Position numbers and translations under genes: made by a program. Source: Candidatus Latescibacterota bacterium (GTDB lineage Bacteria > Latescibacterota > UBA2968 > UBA8231). From it: a stretch of 64,000 nt of DNA. How positions within the stretch are numbered: position 1 is the stretch's first letter; every line of letters begins with the position of its first letter. The notes below the pieces were generated by a model. It did no database searches, was not told the origin of the DNA, and worked only from the letters and a program-made list of their open reading frames with translations. Location: positions 2,624,001 through 2,688,000 of the forward strand of contig OZ241362.1 of assembly GCA_965200315.1 (NCBI GenBank), given 5' to 3'. Positions 1 to 10,755 of the stretch are shown here, piece after piece.

Positions 1-1
1 G

Positions 2-292
2 ATCGCCGCCCAGCAACGCCAATTCAAAGTAGCCGCGCGATTTTTTGCCCAAGCCACAGCCCTCGCTCCCCAATACGCCAAAGCCCATTTCAACCTAGGG
101 GTAGCCCATGCCCAGCTCGGAGACTTTGCTGCGGCTCGTACCGCCTACCAGCGCTTTGTCGAGTTGGAGCCTGAAGATGGGCGCGGATACCTCTACTTGG
201 GCGATGCGTACGAAGCGCTCGGTTTGCTCGCAGAGAGTCAAAAGCATCGAGCACGTGGTCAGCAGCTTTTGGAACGAGACGAGCGCGATTAG
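2..292 (+). CDS. TPR-repeat protein, 3' part (5' end outside window)
   Basis: Manual frame-2 translation IAAQQRQFKVAARFFAQATALAPQYAKAHFNLGVAHAQLGDFAAARTAYQRFVELEPEDGRGYLYLGDAYEALG...D* shows TPR consensus; TAG at 290-292. Confidence 0.8.
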   Translation: MAAQQRQFKVAARFFAQATALAPQYAKAHFNLGVAHAQLGDFAAARTAYQRFVELEPEDGRGYLYLGDAYEALGLLAESQKHRARGQQLLERDERD

Positions 293-351
293 GGGTTAGT
301 GATTAGTCCCTGCACCACAAGGCCGAGGGGGGAGGAGCCGATCACTGACCA

Positions 352-2940
352 CTAATAAGCTACGGCTAGCGTGTGGATCAATTCCTCCTGACCCAACTCA
401 GCCCCCGACGTATCGGCATCTAGCTGTAGGTGCATTATGTACAAACCCGGCGGCACGAGCGTTCCCTCTTCGTTCCTTCCGTCCCACCCCATCTCGTAAA
501 TCCCCGAGGCAAAATCCCGCTGCTCGGCTAGCTGGCGCACCAAGCGTCCCGGCAAATCGTAGATAGTCGCCGCAACCTGCTGACTTCCCTCCACCAACAC
601 CACGGAAAAGCGCAACGCCACCTCGTCGTTGACCCCATCCCCATTGGGCGTCAATACCGCCGGCTCGACCACCAAATCCGCAAAAATTGAGCGCCGCTGC
701 GGCTGCCCCACCACCAATAACCGATTGCTGCCGACCGTCTCCACAGCTTCCCCGGGATCGACGCGCTGCCAGATTCCCTCCCCATCTTCTCCGCGACGTA
801 GTTGCACTTTTAGCGGTCCGCCGCGAGAAAACAGACGCCCCGCAAAGTCTATCCGCAACACCGCTACTTCGCTCCCCGGTTCCAGCGGGTCAAAGGACAA
901 ATGCACCCGGTCCGCTGCCGAAGCCAGCACCTTTGCTGCCAAGGGCGAAAAATCCCCCCCGTCCGCGCTCCCCAACAACCCGTCATACGTCAGTTCCATG
1001 CCCGCCGGTGCTTCCAACAACAACTCGTTGAATCCCCCATCTCCGGCGCCAAACTCGGGTCGCACATACACCGAAAAAGGAGCCGCAGCCCCCAGCCGAT
1101 CCACCTCGCTGGGCACTATCTCTCCCAAGAGGCGTCGCGCCACCGGCTCGGCAAAGTGCAGCCGCAGCCCCGACAAACTCGCCGCCACATCCGGTGCGGC
1201 CGAGCGCAACGTCGCCCGCACCTTGAGAAACTCCCGCGGCGACGGCGAAGTGATGGGGCTACCTTCCGGCTGGTCGTAGGGCACACTCCACGGCTCCCAG
1301 TCTGCACCGGCGACTTCCTCGGACACGGTCTCGCCGCGAAAAATGCTCAATAGTTTGTTGTAGGCCGCTTCGGAGATTTCGGTCCCATCCTTTTTGAAGT
1401 AATGCACGATCTCGCCCAAGGTGTCGCCGGTGCGGGTCTGAAGTTGGACCTCGGTCCCGGGCGGCGTGTGTGCATCCCACTCGAGGGAGACCAAGTTGCG
1501 GCTGCCGCCCAACCGGATCAGGTCCGACTCGAGCTGCACCTCTGGCAAAAACCCCGCGCCAAAAAGTTGTATCTCGCTCAACCGAGTAGCACTGCGGTTG
1601 GGACGGCGCACATGTTCTACTTCAAACACCAAGCGAAAAAAGCGCCCCTTTATCGGGTCGAAGTCATTGCCATCGACGTTGAGGGCCCCGGCAACGCCCC
1701 GCTTTACCTGATCGCGCCGCACGGCCGTGGCCCACTTGAGGCCCCCGTCCACCTCCCGCGAACCGTCCGAAAATTCCAACCGATGGTTGCCAAGGGCGTA
1801 CTCGGTGAAACTCATCCTGTGGCTGTGGACCCAGAAGAACGAACCCAAGTCAATGAACAACTCGTCCTCTAAGCGATTCTCGATGTTGAATAGAGACAGC
1901 CCCTCTACACTGGTCACATCGCCGTCGATCATCAATTGGGGATTGATGCTGCCGGGCACCGTAGTAGAAATGGAGCCATTGCGCCGCAAGGCCCCACTAG
2001 CCAAGTCGTCGCCTTGGGTCCAGACTTCGAGTTCGGCCAACCGGGGTCGCTCGCGCCGAAAGTAGCGTATCGTCCCCCGCCGCTGCGGATCGAGAGCCTC
2101 GTACACTTCCTGTTTGACCACGATTTCCCGCCCGTCGGTTTGGCGCTTGCTATATTCGATGATGCCTCGGTCTTCAGAGGGTAGCTGGTCGTACTCCTCT
2201 GGGGATACCTCGCGGCCGCGGCCAAAATCGCTGGCCTGCACGACCACCTGGACAAAGCGCGCTACAGCCCGGCGCTGGTCGAGCCCTACGGGGTCGAGCT
2301 CGACTTCAAACGTTCGCTGGCTTTTGTTGGGCTTTAGCGTCTGGAGCACCGGAAAAAACTCGAGGCTCGACCCGCCGATTGCCTGCACTGGCTTCTGCCC
2401 GTCCGACACCAGAACGTCAAACAAAAGAAAGGGATCGCCCATTCCCTCCTCGACGAACTTTAGCGCGATTTTGTTGATGAAGACAACGCGGCCCAAATCC
2501 ACGGTAAACCACCACTGAGACGACAGATCTACATCCTCATCAACCGGATCAGGCTCCCAGTACGTAGTCAAGCTGCCATCTAGAGCGGCAGCGACCCCGG
2601 CGCGGTTGGAGCCACCCTGAATGGCGTCGAGGAGGACGATGTCTTCAGGGTCTTTCTTGGAGAGGTAATCTGGAGGGTTATAGCGCAAAAAATCGACAAT
2701 ATCCAGCGCGGCATTGGTGTTTTTGTGGACGCGGTTGGGCCGCACTTCTCCGAGTGGAGAAACTTGGATAGTACCGGGCGCAAATTCCCAGTGCTCCCAG
2801 TGCTCAGGCCCGACGACGACTTGGTTCGCACTGCGGTCGATACGATGCCCTGCTTGAGCCAGCAAATCCTCGGCCCCATGCGACCACAGCACGGCACTGA
2901 CCACCACAAAGCGCGTCAAAAGTTTCGTGCGGATATTCAT
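352..2940 (-). CDS. Secreted protein with discoidin/F5-8-like modules and C-terminal FlgD Ig-like domain
   Basis: 862-aa ORF; signal peptide; 'ALDGSLTTYWE...FTVDLG', 'LFIDLG'; C-terminal 'TPNGDGVND...IYDLPGRLVR...WDGRNEEG...PGLY'. Confidence 0.75.
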   Translation of the reverse strand: MNIRTKLLTRFVVVSAVLWSHGAEDLLAQAGHRIDRSANQVVVGPEHWEHWEFAPGTIQVSPLGEVRPNRVHKNTNAALDIVDFLRYNPPDYLSKKDPEDIVLLDAIQGGSNRAGVAAALDGSLTTYWEPDPVDEDVDLSSQWWFTVDLGRVVFINKIALKFVEEGMGDPFLLFDVLVSDGQKPVQAIGGSSLEFFPVLQTLKPNKSQRTFEVELDPVGLDQRRAVARFVQVVVQASDFGRGREVSPEEYDQLPSEDRGIIEYSKRQTDGREIVVKQEVYEALDPQRRGTIRYFRRERPRLAELEVWTQGDDLASGALRRNGSISTTVPGSINPQLMIDGDVTSVEGLSLFNIENRLEDELFIDLGSFFWVHSHRMSFTEYALGNHRLEFSDGSREVDGGLKWATAVRRDQVKRGVAGALNVDGNDFDPIKGRFFRLVFEVEHVRRPNRSATRLSEIQLFGAGFLPEVQLESDLIRLGGSRNLVSLEWDAHTPPGTEVQLQTRTGDTLGEIVHYFKKDGTEISEAAYNKLLSIFRGETVSEEVAGADWEPWSVPYDQPEGSPITSPSPREFLKVRATLRSAAPDVAASLSGLRLHFAEPVARRLLGEIVPSEVDRLGAAAPFSVYVRPEFGAGDGGFNELLLEAPAGMELTYDGLLGSADGGDFSPLAAKVLASAADRVHLSFDPLEPGSEVAVLRIDFAGRLFSRGGPLKVQLRRGEDGEGIWQRVDPGEAVETVGSNRLLVVGQPQRRSIFADLVVEPAVLTPNGDGVNDEVALRFSVVLVEGSQQVAATIYDLPGRLVRQLAEQRDFASGIYEMGWDGRNEEGTLVPPGLYIMHLQLDADTSGAELGQEELIHTLAVAY

Positions 2941-3040
2941 CGGCGGCCCCTTTCAAAACCGTGGGAAATCCGAGTTTTAGAGGTCCATATTCGGGGGAAT
3001 CTAATGCCCCTTTGGTCGAGGAACAACATTTGCCATCCTA

Positions 3041-3260
3041 TGGCAGCCCGGAATGACTTGAACGATTCGAGATGCAGATCGTCTTGTTTCTACTATTCTG
3101 CGCCCATCTGCGGATCATCGCTGGGTAGCGCGGTCGTCTCGCCCGCTGGCCGGCCAGAGGCGGCCCACCCAAGGACTCACGTACGGACCACCAAGCACCG
3201 GCGGTACCAAGGCGATGAGAGCACAACGCTGCAAGCTCCGCAAGTGATTTAGGACTGCCA
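3041..3260. mobile_element. MITE-like element with imperfect 20-bp TIRs, TA target duplication and internal REP doublet
   Basis: TA|TGGCAGCCCGGAATGACTTG (3041-3060) vs CAAGTGATTTAGGACTGCCA|TA (3241-3260), 16/20 inverted match; empty site reads C-TA-G; GTAG-type hairpin pair at 3121-3174. Confidence 0.7.
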
Positions 3261-3377
3261 TAGCAAGTCTGCATGAGTGTGCGCGGCTTGAAGGAGGTGG
3301 CTGGCTTGTCGAGGAGCACCCGAACGCGTTGCCCACAAGCTGCCAGCCGTCTGCTTCCAACCAAGGTTCCCACACAC

Positions 3378-3407
3378 AAACAGGGGCCTCACACGAGGCC
3401 CCTGTTT
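3378..3407. terminator. Intrinsic terminator-like hairpin
   Basis: AAACAGGGGCCTC-ACAC-GAGGCCCCTGTTT, perfect 13-bp stem just downstream of the minus-strand stop at 3439. Confidence 0.75.
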
Positions 3408-3438
3408 GCTATACCCTACCTTGCTGCGCGTGTTGCGC

Positions 3439-4130
3439 TTACTTGAGCAGCACCATCTTCCCCACCGCGGCGAACTCGCCGGCCTGCAAGCGGTATAAAT
3501 ACAGGCCCGACGACAGGCTCTGCCCGTGGTCGTCGGTCGCGTCCCACTCGACGACGTAGCGCCCGGCGTTTTGCGGCTCGGACACCAGCGTCCGCACGGC
3601 CTGCCCTATTACATTATAAATGGTTAGCTCCACCGGCCCAGCGTGCGGCAGCGCGTGTCAGAGCCGGCCTACACGTACAGCCGCGCTGCGTCGTTTAAGC
3701 CGACCGCGGTCGGCACGGCCTTACCGGCCGCCTCGTGTTTGTGGGCTAAGAAGCGCTCAAAAAACGCGCTCCGGGACCTGGAGGTCGATACGCCCGGAGC
3801 CGCTGCGACGCGCTCCCCGACGGTCCCCTGTAGAGTGCTGACCACGCCGCTGTACGAGCCACCCGACGCGGCGGGTGTCACCGACGCCGTAGCCGCGTCG
3901 CCGACTGCGGCACGTTCCAGTTGGCCGGCGTAAACGTCAGCGACGACCGGCAGGTGTCCACCGCGCTAACCGGGGTTCGCCAAATCGTCACCGACACCGT
4001 GCTCGTCGGCTCTTTGGCTAAAGGCCACCGTGTAGCGGGCGGATGAACCCTCGGCGATGGACAGGGTCGCGGGGTTGAGCACCAAGGCCACGTCAGCGCT
4101 GTTGGATTCCGACTGGTCGGGCTGCGTCAG
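3439..4130 (-). pseudogene. Remnant of a surface protein: Calx-beta/Ig-like repeat plus T9SS-A/FlgD-type C-terminal domain
   Basis: Minus-strand pieces VALVLNPATLSIAEGSSARYTVA / frameshift near 4020 / AKEPTSTVSVTI...SLTFTPANWNVPQS, then HALPHAGPVELTIYNVIGQAVRTLV...GLYLYRLQAGEFAAVGKMVLLK*; stop at ~3658; no start. Confidence 0.7.
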
Positions 4131-4353
4131 TGGTTAAAATTCATTGACAAGCGAAGGAGGCCAAACGCAGCTTAGGCCCGACGACAGGGCTAACCTTCTC
4201 ATCCGCCGAAAGAGGAGGGGCAAAATGACTACCAGTCAAGCTCCGGCGCAGGAGACCTACCGCGCCACAACTTTTGCCGACTCCAAGCCCGAACTCGCCG
4301 CACCCGGTGCTACGCCCGAGCGCTTGGACCATCGGCGAGCGCAAGAAAACCGG

Positions 4354-4410
4354 GGCCCGCCTGCGGACGAGACGACCGCCCTATCGTAGGAATGATGTAG
4401 GATTGCCATA
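4354..4410. repeat. Partial REP plus TIR copy of the dispersed element family
   Basis: GCGGACGAGACGACCGCCCTA (4363-4383) resembles the reverse complement of the REP at 3126-3146; 4391-4410 reverse complement TATGGCAATCCTACATCATT matches the 3243-3262 terminus at 17/20. Confidence 0.65.
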
Positions 4411-4453
4411 TGAGGACGGACAGAGGACTTAACAACGTTGAGAAAGGAACGCG

Positions 4454-5821
4454 ATGGAACTGAATTGGCGAGAAATTGACCGCTGGATTTTTGGCGAGGC
4501 TTGGACCGGCTCGCAGATCGGCGACCACGTGGAGATGTTGTGCGAGCAGATCGGGCCGCGCTGGGCTTCTTCGGAGGGGGAGCGCCAAGCGGTGGAGTAC
4601 CTGCGGGAGCAGTTTGCGCAGGCCGGACTAGCCGATGCGGCGCTGGAGGAGTTTGCGCTGAATACTTGGGAGTACAAACGGGCACAAGCAACAGTGGAGG
4701 ATATGGAGATCGACCTCTTGCCCTACAATCGCTGTCCGCCGTGCGACCTCGAAGCCTCGATTGTCAATGCAGGATACGGTACGGAGCACGAAATCGACAG
4801 AGTGCGCGGCCAGCTCAAAGGGAGCATCGCCGTCATGCACCTAGCGCTGGAGCCTTTTACCGCGCCCTCGCCGCCCAATGTGCGGCTTGAAGCGCTAGGC
4901 GACGCCGGCGCGGTAGCGGTGGTGGCGATTGATCCAAAAGACGGGCGGCGGGTGGAGTATCACAACGGCGGAGATTGGCGCGAGCCAGAGGCCGCCGAGT
5001 TGCCCATGCCGGCGGTGACGACCTCGCGGGAACACGGCGCACTCTTGCAGAAGTGGGCCAGTGAGGGCAAGCGGCTCAAGCTAACCGTTGAGAGCCGGTT
5101 TTACCAAGCAGCGGCGCACAATGTGGTCGCCTCGATTCCCGGGGCGCAGTGGCCTATGGAGCGGCTGATGTTGGGCGGGCATCACGACACGGTGTACGGT
5201 GCGCCGGGAGGCAACGACAATGCCTCGGGGACCATTGCCGTGCTGGAGACAGCGCGGGTATTGGCCGGGCTAAAATCGGCGCTCGGGGTCGAGCCGGGGA
5301 TGAGCCTGTGCTTTGCGACGTACAGCGCCGAGGAGCAAATCTTCCAAGGGTCGAGCGAATACGTGCGGCAACACTGCGTTGAAAAGCCGCGGCTGGCGAT
5401 CAATCTCGACGAGCTATCAACCGGCTCGATCAAAGGGGTGGTGCTGGCGTTTGGGCATCTGCGCGACTTGGTGCAGGCCCAGTTCAATGCAATGGGCGAC
5501 GGACTGAAGTGCCACGTCATGTCCCAACTCGACGCGACCTCAGACCACTTTCCCTTTTTGCGCGAAGGCATTGACGCGGCGCATCTATGGCGTTGGCGCT
5601 TTAGCGGCCGGCACGCCGATTCCAACTACCACCACGAGCCAGCCGACACCGCCGACAAGCTCAACGTGCGGGAGTTAAAAGAATACGTCGGGCAGCTAGC
5701 GCGCCTGTTGTTGCGGCTGTCGCACGTGGCCCCCAAGGAATGGCCGGAGAATCCGCTGACCAAGGAGGCGGTCGAAAAACGGCTGGCGGCCGAGCGCGGG
5801 ACGGTGGTGCGGGTGTTTTAG
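4454..5821 (+). CDS. M28 family metallopeptidase with PA domain
   Basis: Zinc-ligand motifs HHDT, GGNDNASG, SAEE, NLDE, SDHFPF, YHHEPADT; SD AAGGA upstream. Confidence 0.85.
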   Translation: MELNWREIDRWIFGEAWTGSQIGDHVEMLCEQIGPRWASSEGERQAVEYLREQFAQAGLADAALEEFALNTWEYKRAQATVEDMEIDLLPYNRCPPCDLEASIVNAGYGTEHEIDRVRGQLKGSIAVMHLALEPFTAPSPPNVRLEALGDAGAVAVVAIDPKDGRRVEYHNGGDWREPEAAELPMPAVTTSREHGALLQKWASEGKRLKLTVESRFYQAAAHNVVASIPGAQWPMERLMLGGHHDTVYGAPGGNDNASGTIAVLETARVLAGLKSALGVEPGMSLCFATYSAEEQIFQGSSEYVRQHCVEKPRLAINLDELSTGSIKGVVLAFGHLRDLVQAQFNAMGDGLKCHVMSQLDATSDHFPFLREGIDAAHLWRWRFSGRHADSNYHHEPADTADKLNVRELKEYVGQLARLLLRLSHVAPKEWPENPLTKEAVEKRLAAERGTVVRVF

Positions 5822-5827
5822 GTGGCG

Positions 5828-6661
5828 TCAGGACCAGACGTAAATTTCGTCGTCGTCTGGGGACATGGCAAAGAAGATGGCCAGCACCGCCCGGGGCTGG
5901 TCGCCGACGACGGCAGGCACCTCGTGGATGTTTTCGCTAGAGAAAAAGTAGAGGTCGCCGGGTTCGAGCGGCACCTGGACGCGCTCAATGCCTTCGCGGG
6001 CGACGTAGGCAGCGAATTTCTCGCGCCCCAGATGCTCGGTCAGCTCGGGGCGAAAGGGACAGTTGTACAGGTACGGTTCACCCGTGCCGCCTTCCTTGGT
6101 GCTATTCTGGAAGCAGAGAACCCCAGCAAACTGGTGTTTGAAACGCGAAATCTGGTAGTCGAAAGCCTTCGTGCGCTTGGCGACGGAGTCGTAGTGCGGG
6201 CCGTGGCCGGTTGCCCGGTGATAGACGCGGAAGATGGCCGGGCCGTAGAGGCGGCCGTCCGGCTCACGCGCGGTCTTGACCTGTTTGCCGGGCGCGAGCT
6301 GGGAGAGAGCGTCGTACATAGTGCGGACCGGATCGCCATAGCCATCAAAGAGGGTCTCGAACAACGCCAGTGTCTCCGCGGAATGGGCGTGGAACTTTTC
6401 GCGGTCGCGGTGGTGGTGGCCAAAACTAGTGCCAATATCGACGCGACGCGCTTGGCCGTCGCCGACTTCGTGGGGGTCGTAGAGCAAGCTGCGCTCGTAG
6501 AAGCGCCGCATCAGCGCCCGGCAATGGGCGGGGTTGTAGTGCTGGCGCAGCACAAAGGCCGGCACCTCGCCGTGCGCTAGGGCCATCAGCGGCTCGGGGT
6601 ACTGGGTGAGGGTCTCGGGGATGGAGGCCTCGAATGGGGTCCAAGTTTGGATGGTTGTCAT
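5828..6661 (-). CDS. 2OG-Fe(II)/PhyH-like oxygenase
   Basis: HYD...LEPGDLYFF..NIHEV...R facial-triad pattern; likely start ATG 6661 (MTTIQ). Confidence 0.7.
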   Translation of the reverse strand: MTTIQTWTPFEASIPETLTQYPEPLMALAHGEVPAFVLRQHYNPAHCRALMRRFYERSLLYDPHEVGDGQARRVDIGTSFGHHHRDREKFHAHSAETLALFETLFDGYGDPVRTMYDALSQLAPGKQVKTAREPDGRLYGPAIFRVYHRATGHGPHYDSVAKRTKAFDYQISRFKHQFAGVLCFQNSTKEGGTGEPYLYNCPFRPELTEHLGREKFAAYVAREGIERVQVPLEPGDLYFFSSENIHEVPAVVGDQPRAVLAIFFAMSPDDDEIYVWS

Positions 6662-6941
6662 GGCGGGGAATTTAATACGCGCCGTGGGCTGAGTCCACAC
6701 GGACTATTCGCTCAGTACAAGGCACTTACCTATATCAATGCTCCAAGCGGAGCCGGATGAATTCGCACGCAATCTGCCGGCCCTGGCGTTGGCGTTGGTC
6801 GCGGCGACAATTCAGCGCATTTTGCGCGGTCTGGCGAGCAATTCGGCGTAATCGAAGGGATCCGCCACCGGCAGTCCGCTGACGAGGGAGCGGGTGCCGG
6901 ATGGTGTGGCTAAACAACAATTATACGGCGCAAAGCGAATC

Positions 6942-8561
6942 CTATGTGTCCTCTTCGTCCTCTATCGCCTCAAGGTCAAACGCCGCCGCGATCAACGCCC
7001 GCGTGTAGGGCTTTTGTGGCGCGGCGAAAACCTCCTGAGTCGGTCCCTGCTCAACGACCAACCCCTCCTTCATTACAATCAGCTCGCTCGCCAAGGCGCG
7101 GACCACCTTCAAATCGTGACTGATGAACAAATAGGCCAAGCCGTGGCGCTCTTGTAGTTGCAGCAGTAGTTCGACGATTTGGGCCTGCACCGTTTTGTCC
7201 AACGCGCTAGTCGGTTCGTCGAGGACCACGAAGCGAGGCTTGAGGGCCATGGCGCGAGCGATGGCTATGCGCTGGCGTTGGCCGCCGGAGAACTCGTGCG
7301 GGTAGCGGTCCATGGTCAACGGGTCCAGGTTGACTTCGGCCATGGCCTCGGCTACTAGCTGCCGGCGCTGTTGGTAGTCGCCGCCGATTGCGTGAATCAG
7401 CAGGCCCTCCTCGATAACCTGAAAAGCCGACAGCCGCGGGCTCAGCGAGGCAAAGGGGTCCTGAAAGACGATCTGCATCTGTCGCCGCAGCGGGCGGAGC
7501 TGCTTTTGCTGCCAGCCCTCGATACCGTGGCCGTCGAATTCGATGGGGCCGTCGCTGGCGACTAGCCGCAAGAGCGCCTGCCCCAGCGTCGTCTTACCCG
7601 AACCAGATTCGCCGACAATGCCGACGGTCTGCCCCGCGCGGATACTGAGCGAAATTCCATCGACTGCTTTTACATGGCCCACGGTGCGGCGCAGCAGACC
7701 GCGTTTGATGGGAAAGTGGACCTTGAGGTTGTGGGTGCGGATGACTTCGGGCGCGGCCTCGTCGATCGGAGCCGGTTCGCCCTCGGGCTCGGAGGCTAGG
7801 AGCGTCCGGGTATAGGGGTGTTGCGGAGCGGTGAAGAGAGAATCGCTGGTATTGTGTTCGACGATCTCGCCGTCGCTCATCACATAGACGCGATCGGCCA
7901 TCTGGCGGACGATGCCCAGATCGTGGGTGATCAGCAGAATCGCCATGCCTAACCGGGCCTGCAAGTCCTTGAGTAGCGCGAGAATCTGCGCCTGTATGGT
8001 TACATCGAGCGCGGTGGTCGGCTCGTCGGCAATGAGCAGGTCTGGCTCATTGGCCAAGGCCATGGCGATCATCACCCGCTGGCGCTGACCGCCCGAAAGC
8101 TGATGCGGCCAAGCGTCTAGGCGCTCCTCGACATCCGGGAGGCCGACCAGCCCTAGCAGCTCCATAGCCCGGTTGCGCGCTTCCGCCCGGCTCAGGCCCC
8201 GATGCAAGATGAGCGTTTCGCACAGTTGCTTTTCGATGGAATGCAGCGGATTGAGCGAGGTCATCGGCTCTTGAAAAACCATCGCCACGCGGTCGCCGCG
8301 CAGCTCCTGCAACCGCGCCGATGCAGCACCCAACAGCTCTTCACCGTCGAAGCGGACGCTGCCATGGGGATGGCTAGCGCGCGGATAGGGCAACAGTTGC
8401 AGCACCGAGAGCGCGGTCACCGACTTGCCCGAGCCGGATTCGCCGACCAGCACCACGGTCTCGCCGCGTTCGATGTGCAGCGAAGCACTGCGCACGGCCT
8501 CGACATCTTCTCCCTCAACGTGGAAGCGCACACCCAAGTTTTCGATGGTCAGCAGGCTCAT
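6942..8561 (-). CDS. yejF: Peptide ABC transporter, fused double ATPase
   Basis: Two Walker A ([16 protein letters not shown]), two SGGQRQR signatures, DEPT; last gene of yej operon. Confidence 0.85.
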   Translation of the reverse strand: MSLLTIENLGVRFHVEGEDVEAVRSASLHIERGETVVLVGESGSGKSVTALSVLQLLPYPRASHPHGSVRFDGEELLGAASARLQELRGDRVAMVFQEPMTSLNPLHSIEKQLCETLILHRGLSRAEARNRAMELLGLVGLPDVEERLDAWPHQLSGGQRQRVMIAMALANEPDLLIADEPTTALDVTIQAQILALLKDLQARLGMAILLITHDLGIVRQMADRVYVMSDGEIVEHNTSDSLFTAPQHPYTRTLLASEPEGEPAPIDEAAPEVIRTHNLKVHFPIKRGLLRRTVGHVKAVDGISLSIRAGQTVGIVGESGSGKTTLGQALLRLVASDGPIEFDGHGIEGWQQKQLRPLRRQMQIVFQDPFASLSPRLSAFQVIEEGLLIHAIGGDYQQRRQLVAEAMAEVNLDPLTMDRYPHEFSGGQRQRIAIARAMALKPRFVVLDEPTSALDKTVQAQIVELLLQLQERHGLAYLFISHDLKVVRALASELIVMKEGLVVEQGPTQEVFAAPQKPYTRALIAAAFDLEAIEDEEDT

Positions 8562-9646
8562 GCGCCGTCCTCCCCGGCGTAGGTCTTGCGCGGATCAAAG
8601 GCGTCGCGCACCGCCTCGCCGATAAAGACCAACAGCGACAACATCACCGCCAGCGCGAAAAAGGCCGTAAAGCCTAGCCACGGCGCCTGGAGGTTGCGCT
8701 TGCCTTGGTTGAGCAGTTCGCCCAGCGACGGCGAGCCGGGCGGCAGGCCAAAGCCGAGGAAGTCGAGCGAGGTCAGCACCGCTACCGAGCCGGTGAGCAC
8801 AAAGGGCAAAAAGGTCAGGGTAGAGACCATGGCGTTGGGCAACACGTGCCGCCACATGATGCGGCGGTTGCTCTGGCCGAGCGCGCGGGCCGCCTTGACG
8901 AAATCGAAGTTGCGCGCGCGCAAAAATTCGGCGCGCACCACCCCGACCAAACCCATCCAGCGAAACAGCAGCAACAAGCCGAGCAGCCACCAGAAATTCG
9001 GCTCCACCACGCTGGCGAGGATGATCAGCAGGTAGAGCAGCGGCAAGCCCTGCCAAATCTCGATAAAGCGCTGGAAGAGCAGGTCCACCCAGCCGCCGAA
9101 ATACCCCTGCACCGCGCCGGCGGCAATGCCGATCGCCGCGCTGAACAGCGTCAGCAGCAGGCCGAAGAGCACGGAGATGCGGTAGCCGTAGATCACGCGT
9201 GCCACCACGTCGCGCGCTTGGTCGTCCGTGCCGAGCCAGTTTTCAGCGTCGGGTGGGGAAGGAGCCGGCTGCTTGAGGTCGTAGTTGACCGTGTCGTAGC
9301 TATAGGACACCAGCGGCCACAAGATCCAGCCCTTTTCCTCGATTAGCTCCTTGACGAAGGGATCGCGGTATTCGGCCTCGGTCGCGAAATCGCCGCCAAA
9401 AGTCGTTTCGGGGTACGTCGCAAGGACCGGGAAGTAATAGCTGCCGTCGAACCGGACGACCAGCGGGCGGTCGTTGGCAATGAACTCAGCCGGCAGGCTC
9501 AGGGCGAAGAGGCCCCAGAAGATCCAGCAACTCCAAAAGCCGCGGCGGTTGCGGCGAAAATTGGCCAGCCGCCGTTGATTGAGCCGCGACAACTGCAAGC
9601 CGAGAAAGCGCGTCGGAGGGGGCGGTGGGGCGAATACAGTGCTCAC
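8558..9646 (-). CDS. yejE: Peptide ABC transporter permease
   Basis: [44 protein letters not shown] motifs typical of YejE. Confidence 0.88.
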   Translation of the reverse strand: MSTVFAPPPPPTRFLGLQLSRLNQRRLANFRRNRRGFWSCWIFWGLFALSLPAEFIANDRPLVVRFDGSYYFPVLATYPETTFGGDFATEAEYRDPFVKELIEEKGWILWPLVSYSYDTVNYDLKQPAPSPPDAENWLGTDDQARDVVARVIYGYRISVLFGLLLTLFSAAIGIAAGAVQGYFGGWVDLLFQRFIEIWQGLPLLYLLIILASVVEPNFWWLLGLLLLFRWMGLVGVVRAEFLRARNFDFVKAARALGQSNRRIMWRHVLPNAMVSTLTFLPFVLTGSVAVLTSLDFLGFGLPPGSPSLGELLNQGKRNLQAPWLGFTAFFALAVMLSLLVFIGEAVRDAFDPRKTYAGEDGA

Positions 9647-10746
9647 GATTCGCGGCTTTCAAAGTCGATGCGGCGGTCGACCAGCGTGTAGGCCAGATCG
9701 CCGACCAACTGCATCAGCAGGCCTAGCAAGGTGAAGAAATACAGCGTGGCAAACATCACCGGGTAGTCGCGGCCAATAGCCGCCTCGTAGCCCAGCAAAC
9801 CCAACCCGTCCAGCGAGAAGATGATTTCCGTCAACAGCGCCCCGGTGAAGAAGATATCGATAAAAGCACTGGGGAAACCGGCGATGACGATCAGCATGGC
9901 GTTGCGGAAGACGTGGCCGTAGAGCACCCGATTTTCGCTCAGGCCCTTGGCGCGGGCGGTGGTGACGTAGAGCTTGTTGATCTCGTCTAGAAAGGAATTT
10001 TTAGTCAGCAAGGTCAGCCCGGCAAAACCGCCGATGACCATCGCCGCGACCGGCAGCGCTAGGTGCCAGAAGTAGTCGGCGATCTTGGCAAAGAGGCTCA
10101 GTTCATCCCAATTAGCCGAGGTCAGGCCGCGCAGCGGAAACCAGTCGAGGTAATGCCCGCCGGCAAAAACCACGATCAGCAGGATGGCAAAGAGAAAGCT
10201 GGGGATGGCGTAGCCGACGATGACCAGCCCCGAGGTCCAGACATCGAACCGCGAGCCATCGCGCACGGCTTTGGCGATCCCCAGGGGGATGGAGATGAAA
10301 TAGACCAGCAGCGTGGTCCATAGCCCTAGCGAAATCGACACCGGCATCTTCTCTTTGACCAGATCGACGACCCGTTGGTCGCGGTAAAAGCTCTCGCCGA
10401 AGTCGAAGCGCACGTACTGGCCGATCATCTGCAAGAAGCGCTCGTGTACCGGCTTATCGAAACCGTACATGCGTTCGAGCTCGGCGATCAGCTCGGGATC
10501 GAGCCCTTGGGCACCTCGGTATTTGCTGCTGATATCGCCGCCCGGCGTCGCGTCTGTGTCGAGAGTCTCGCCCATCCCCGAGCCGCTGACCCGCTCGGTG
10601 GCGTCCGTGCCAAAGCCCTGAATCACCGCGATGGTGCGCTCGACCGGGCCGCCCGGTGCCGCTTGGATAATGAGGAAGTTGATGGTCATGATGCCGAAGA
10701 GGGTCGGCACCATCAGCAGCAAGCGGCGGAGGATATAAGCGCCCAT
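9643..10746 (-). CDS. yejB: Peptide ABC transporter permease
   Basis: [51 protein letters not shown]. Confidence 0.9.
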   Translation of the reverse strand: MGAYILRRLLLMVPTLFGIMTINFLIIQAAPGGPVERTIAVIQGFGTDATERVSGSGMGETLDTDATPGGDISSKYRGAQGLDPELIAELERMYGFDKPVHERFLQMIGQYVRFDFGESFYRDQRVVDLVKEKMPVSISLGLWTTLLVYFISIPLGIAKAVRDGSRFDVWTSGLVIVGYAIPSFLFAILLIVVFAGGHYLDWFPLRGLTSANWDELSLFAKIADYFWHLALPVAAMVIGGFAGLTLLTKNSFLDEINKLYVTTARAKGLSENRVLYGHVFRNAMLIVIAGFPSAFIDIFFTGALLTEIIFSLDGLGLLGYEAAIGRDYPVMFATLYFFTLLGLLMQLVGDLAYTLVDRRIDFESRES

Positions 10747-10755
10747 AAAAGCGGG

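Noticed and set aside
3290-3357. Imperfect long hairpin as an ncRNA
   Set aside because: Several mismatches, single copy, no recognisable family.
4225-4389. Small ORF MTTSQAPAQET... with strong SD
   Set aside because: Its 3' half runs through REP sequence; probably a gene start remnant, no supportable product.
5822-6580. 252-aa plus-strand ORF
   Set aside because: Antisense shadow of the oxygenase gene; no motifs.
6735-6920. Short ORFs between the oxygenase and yejF
   Set aside because: No motif, SD or consistent frame; possibly a remnant but unsupported.
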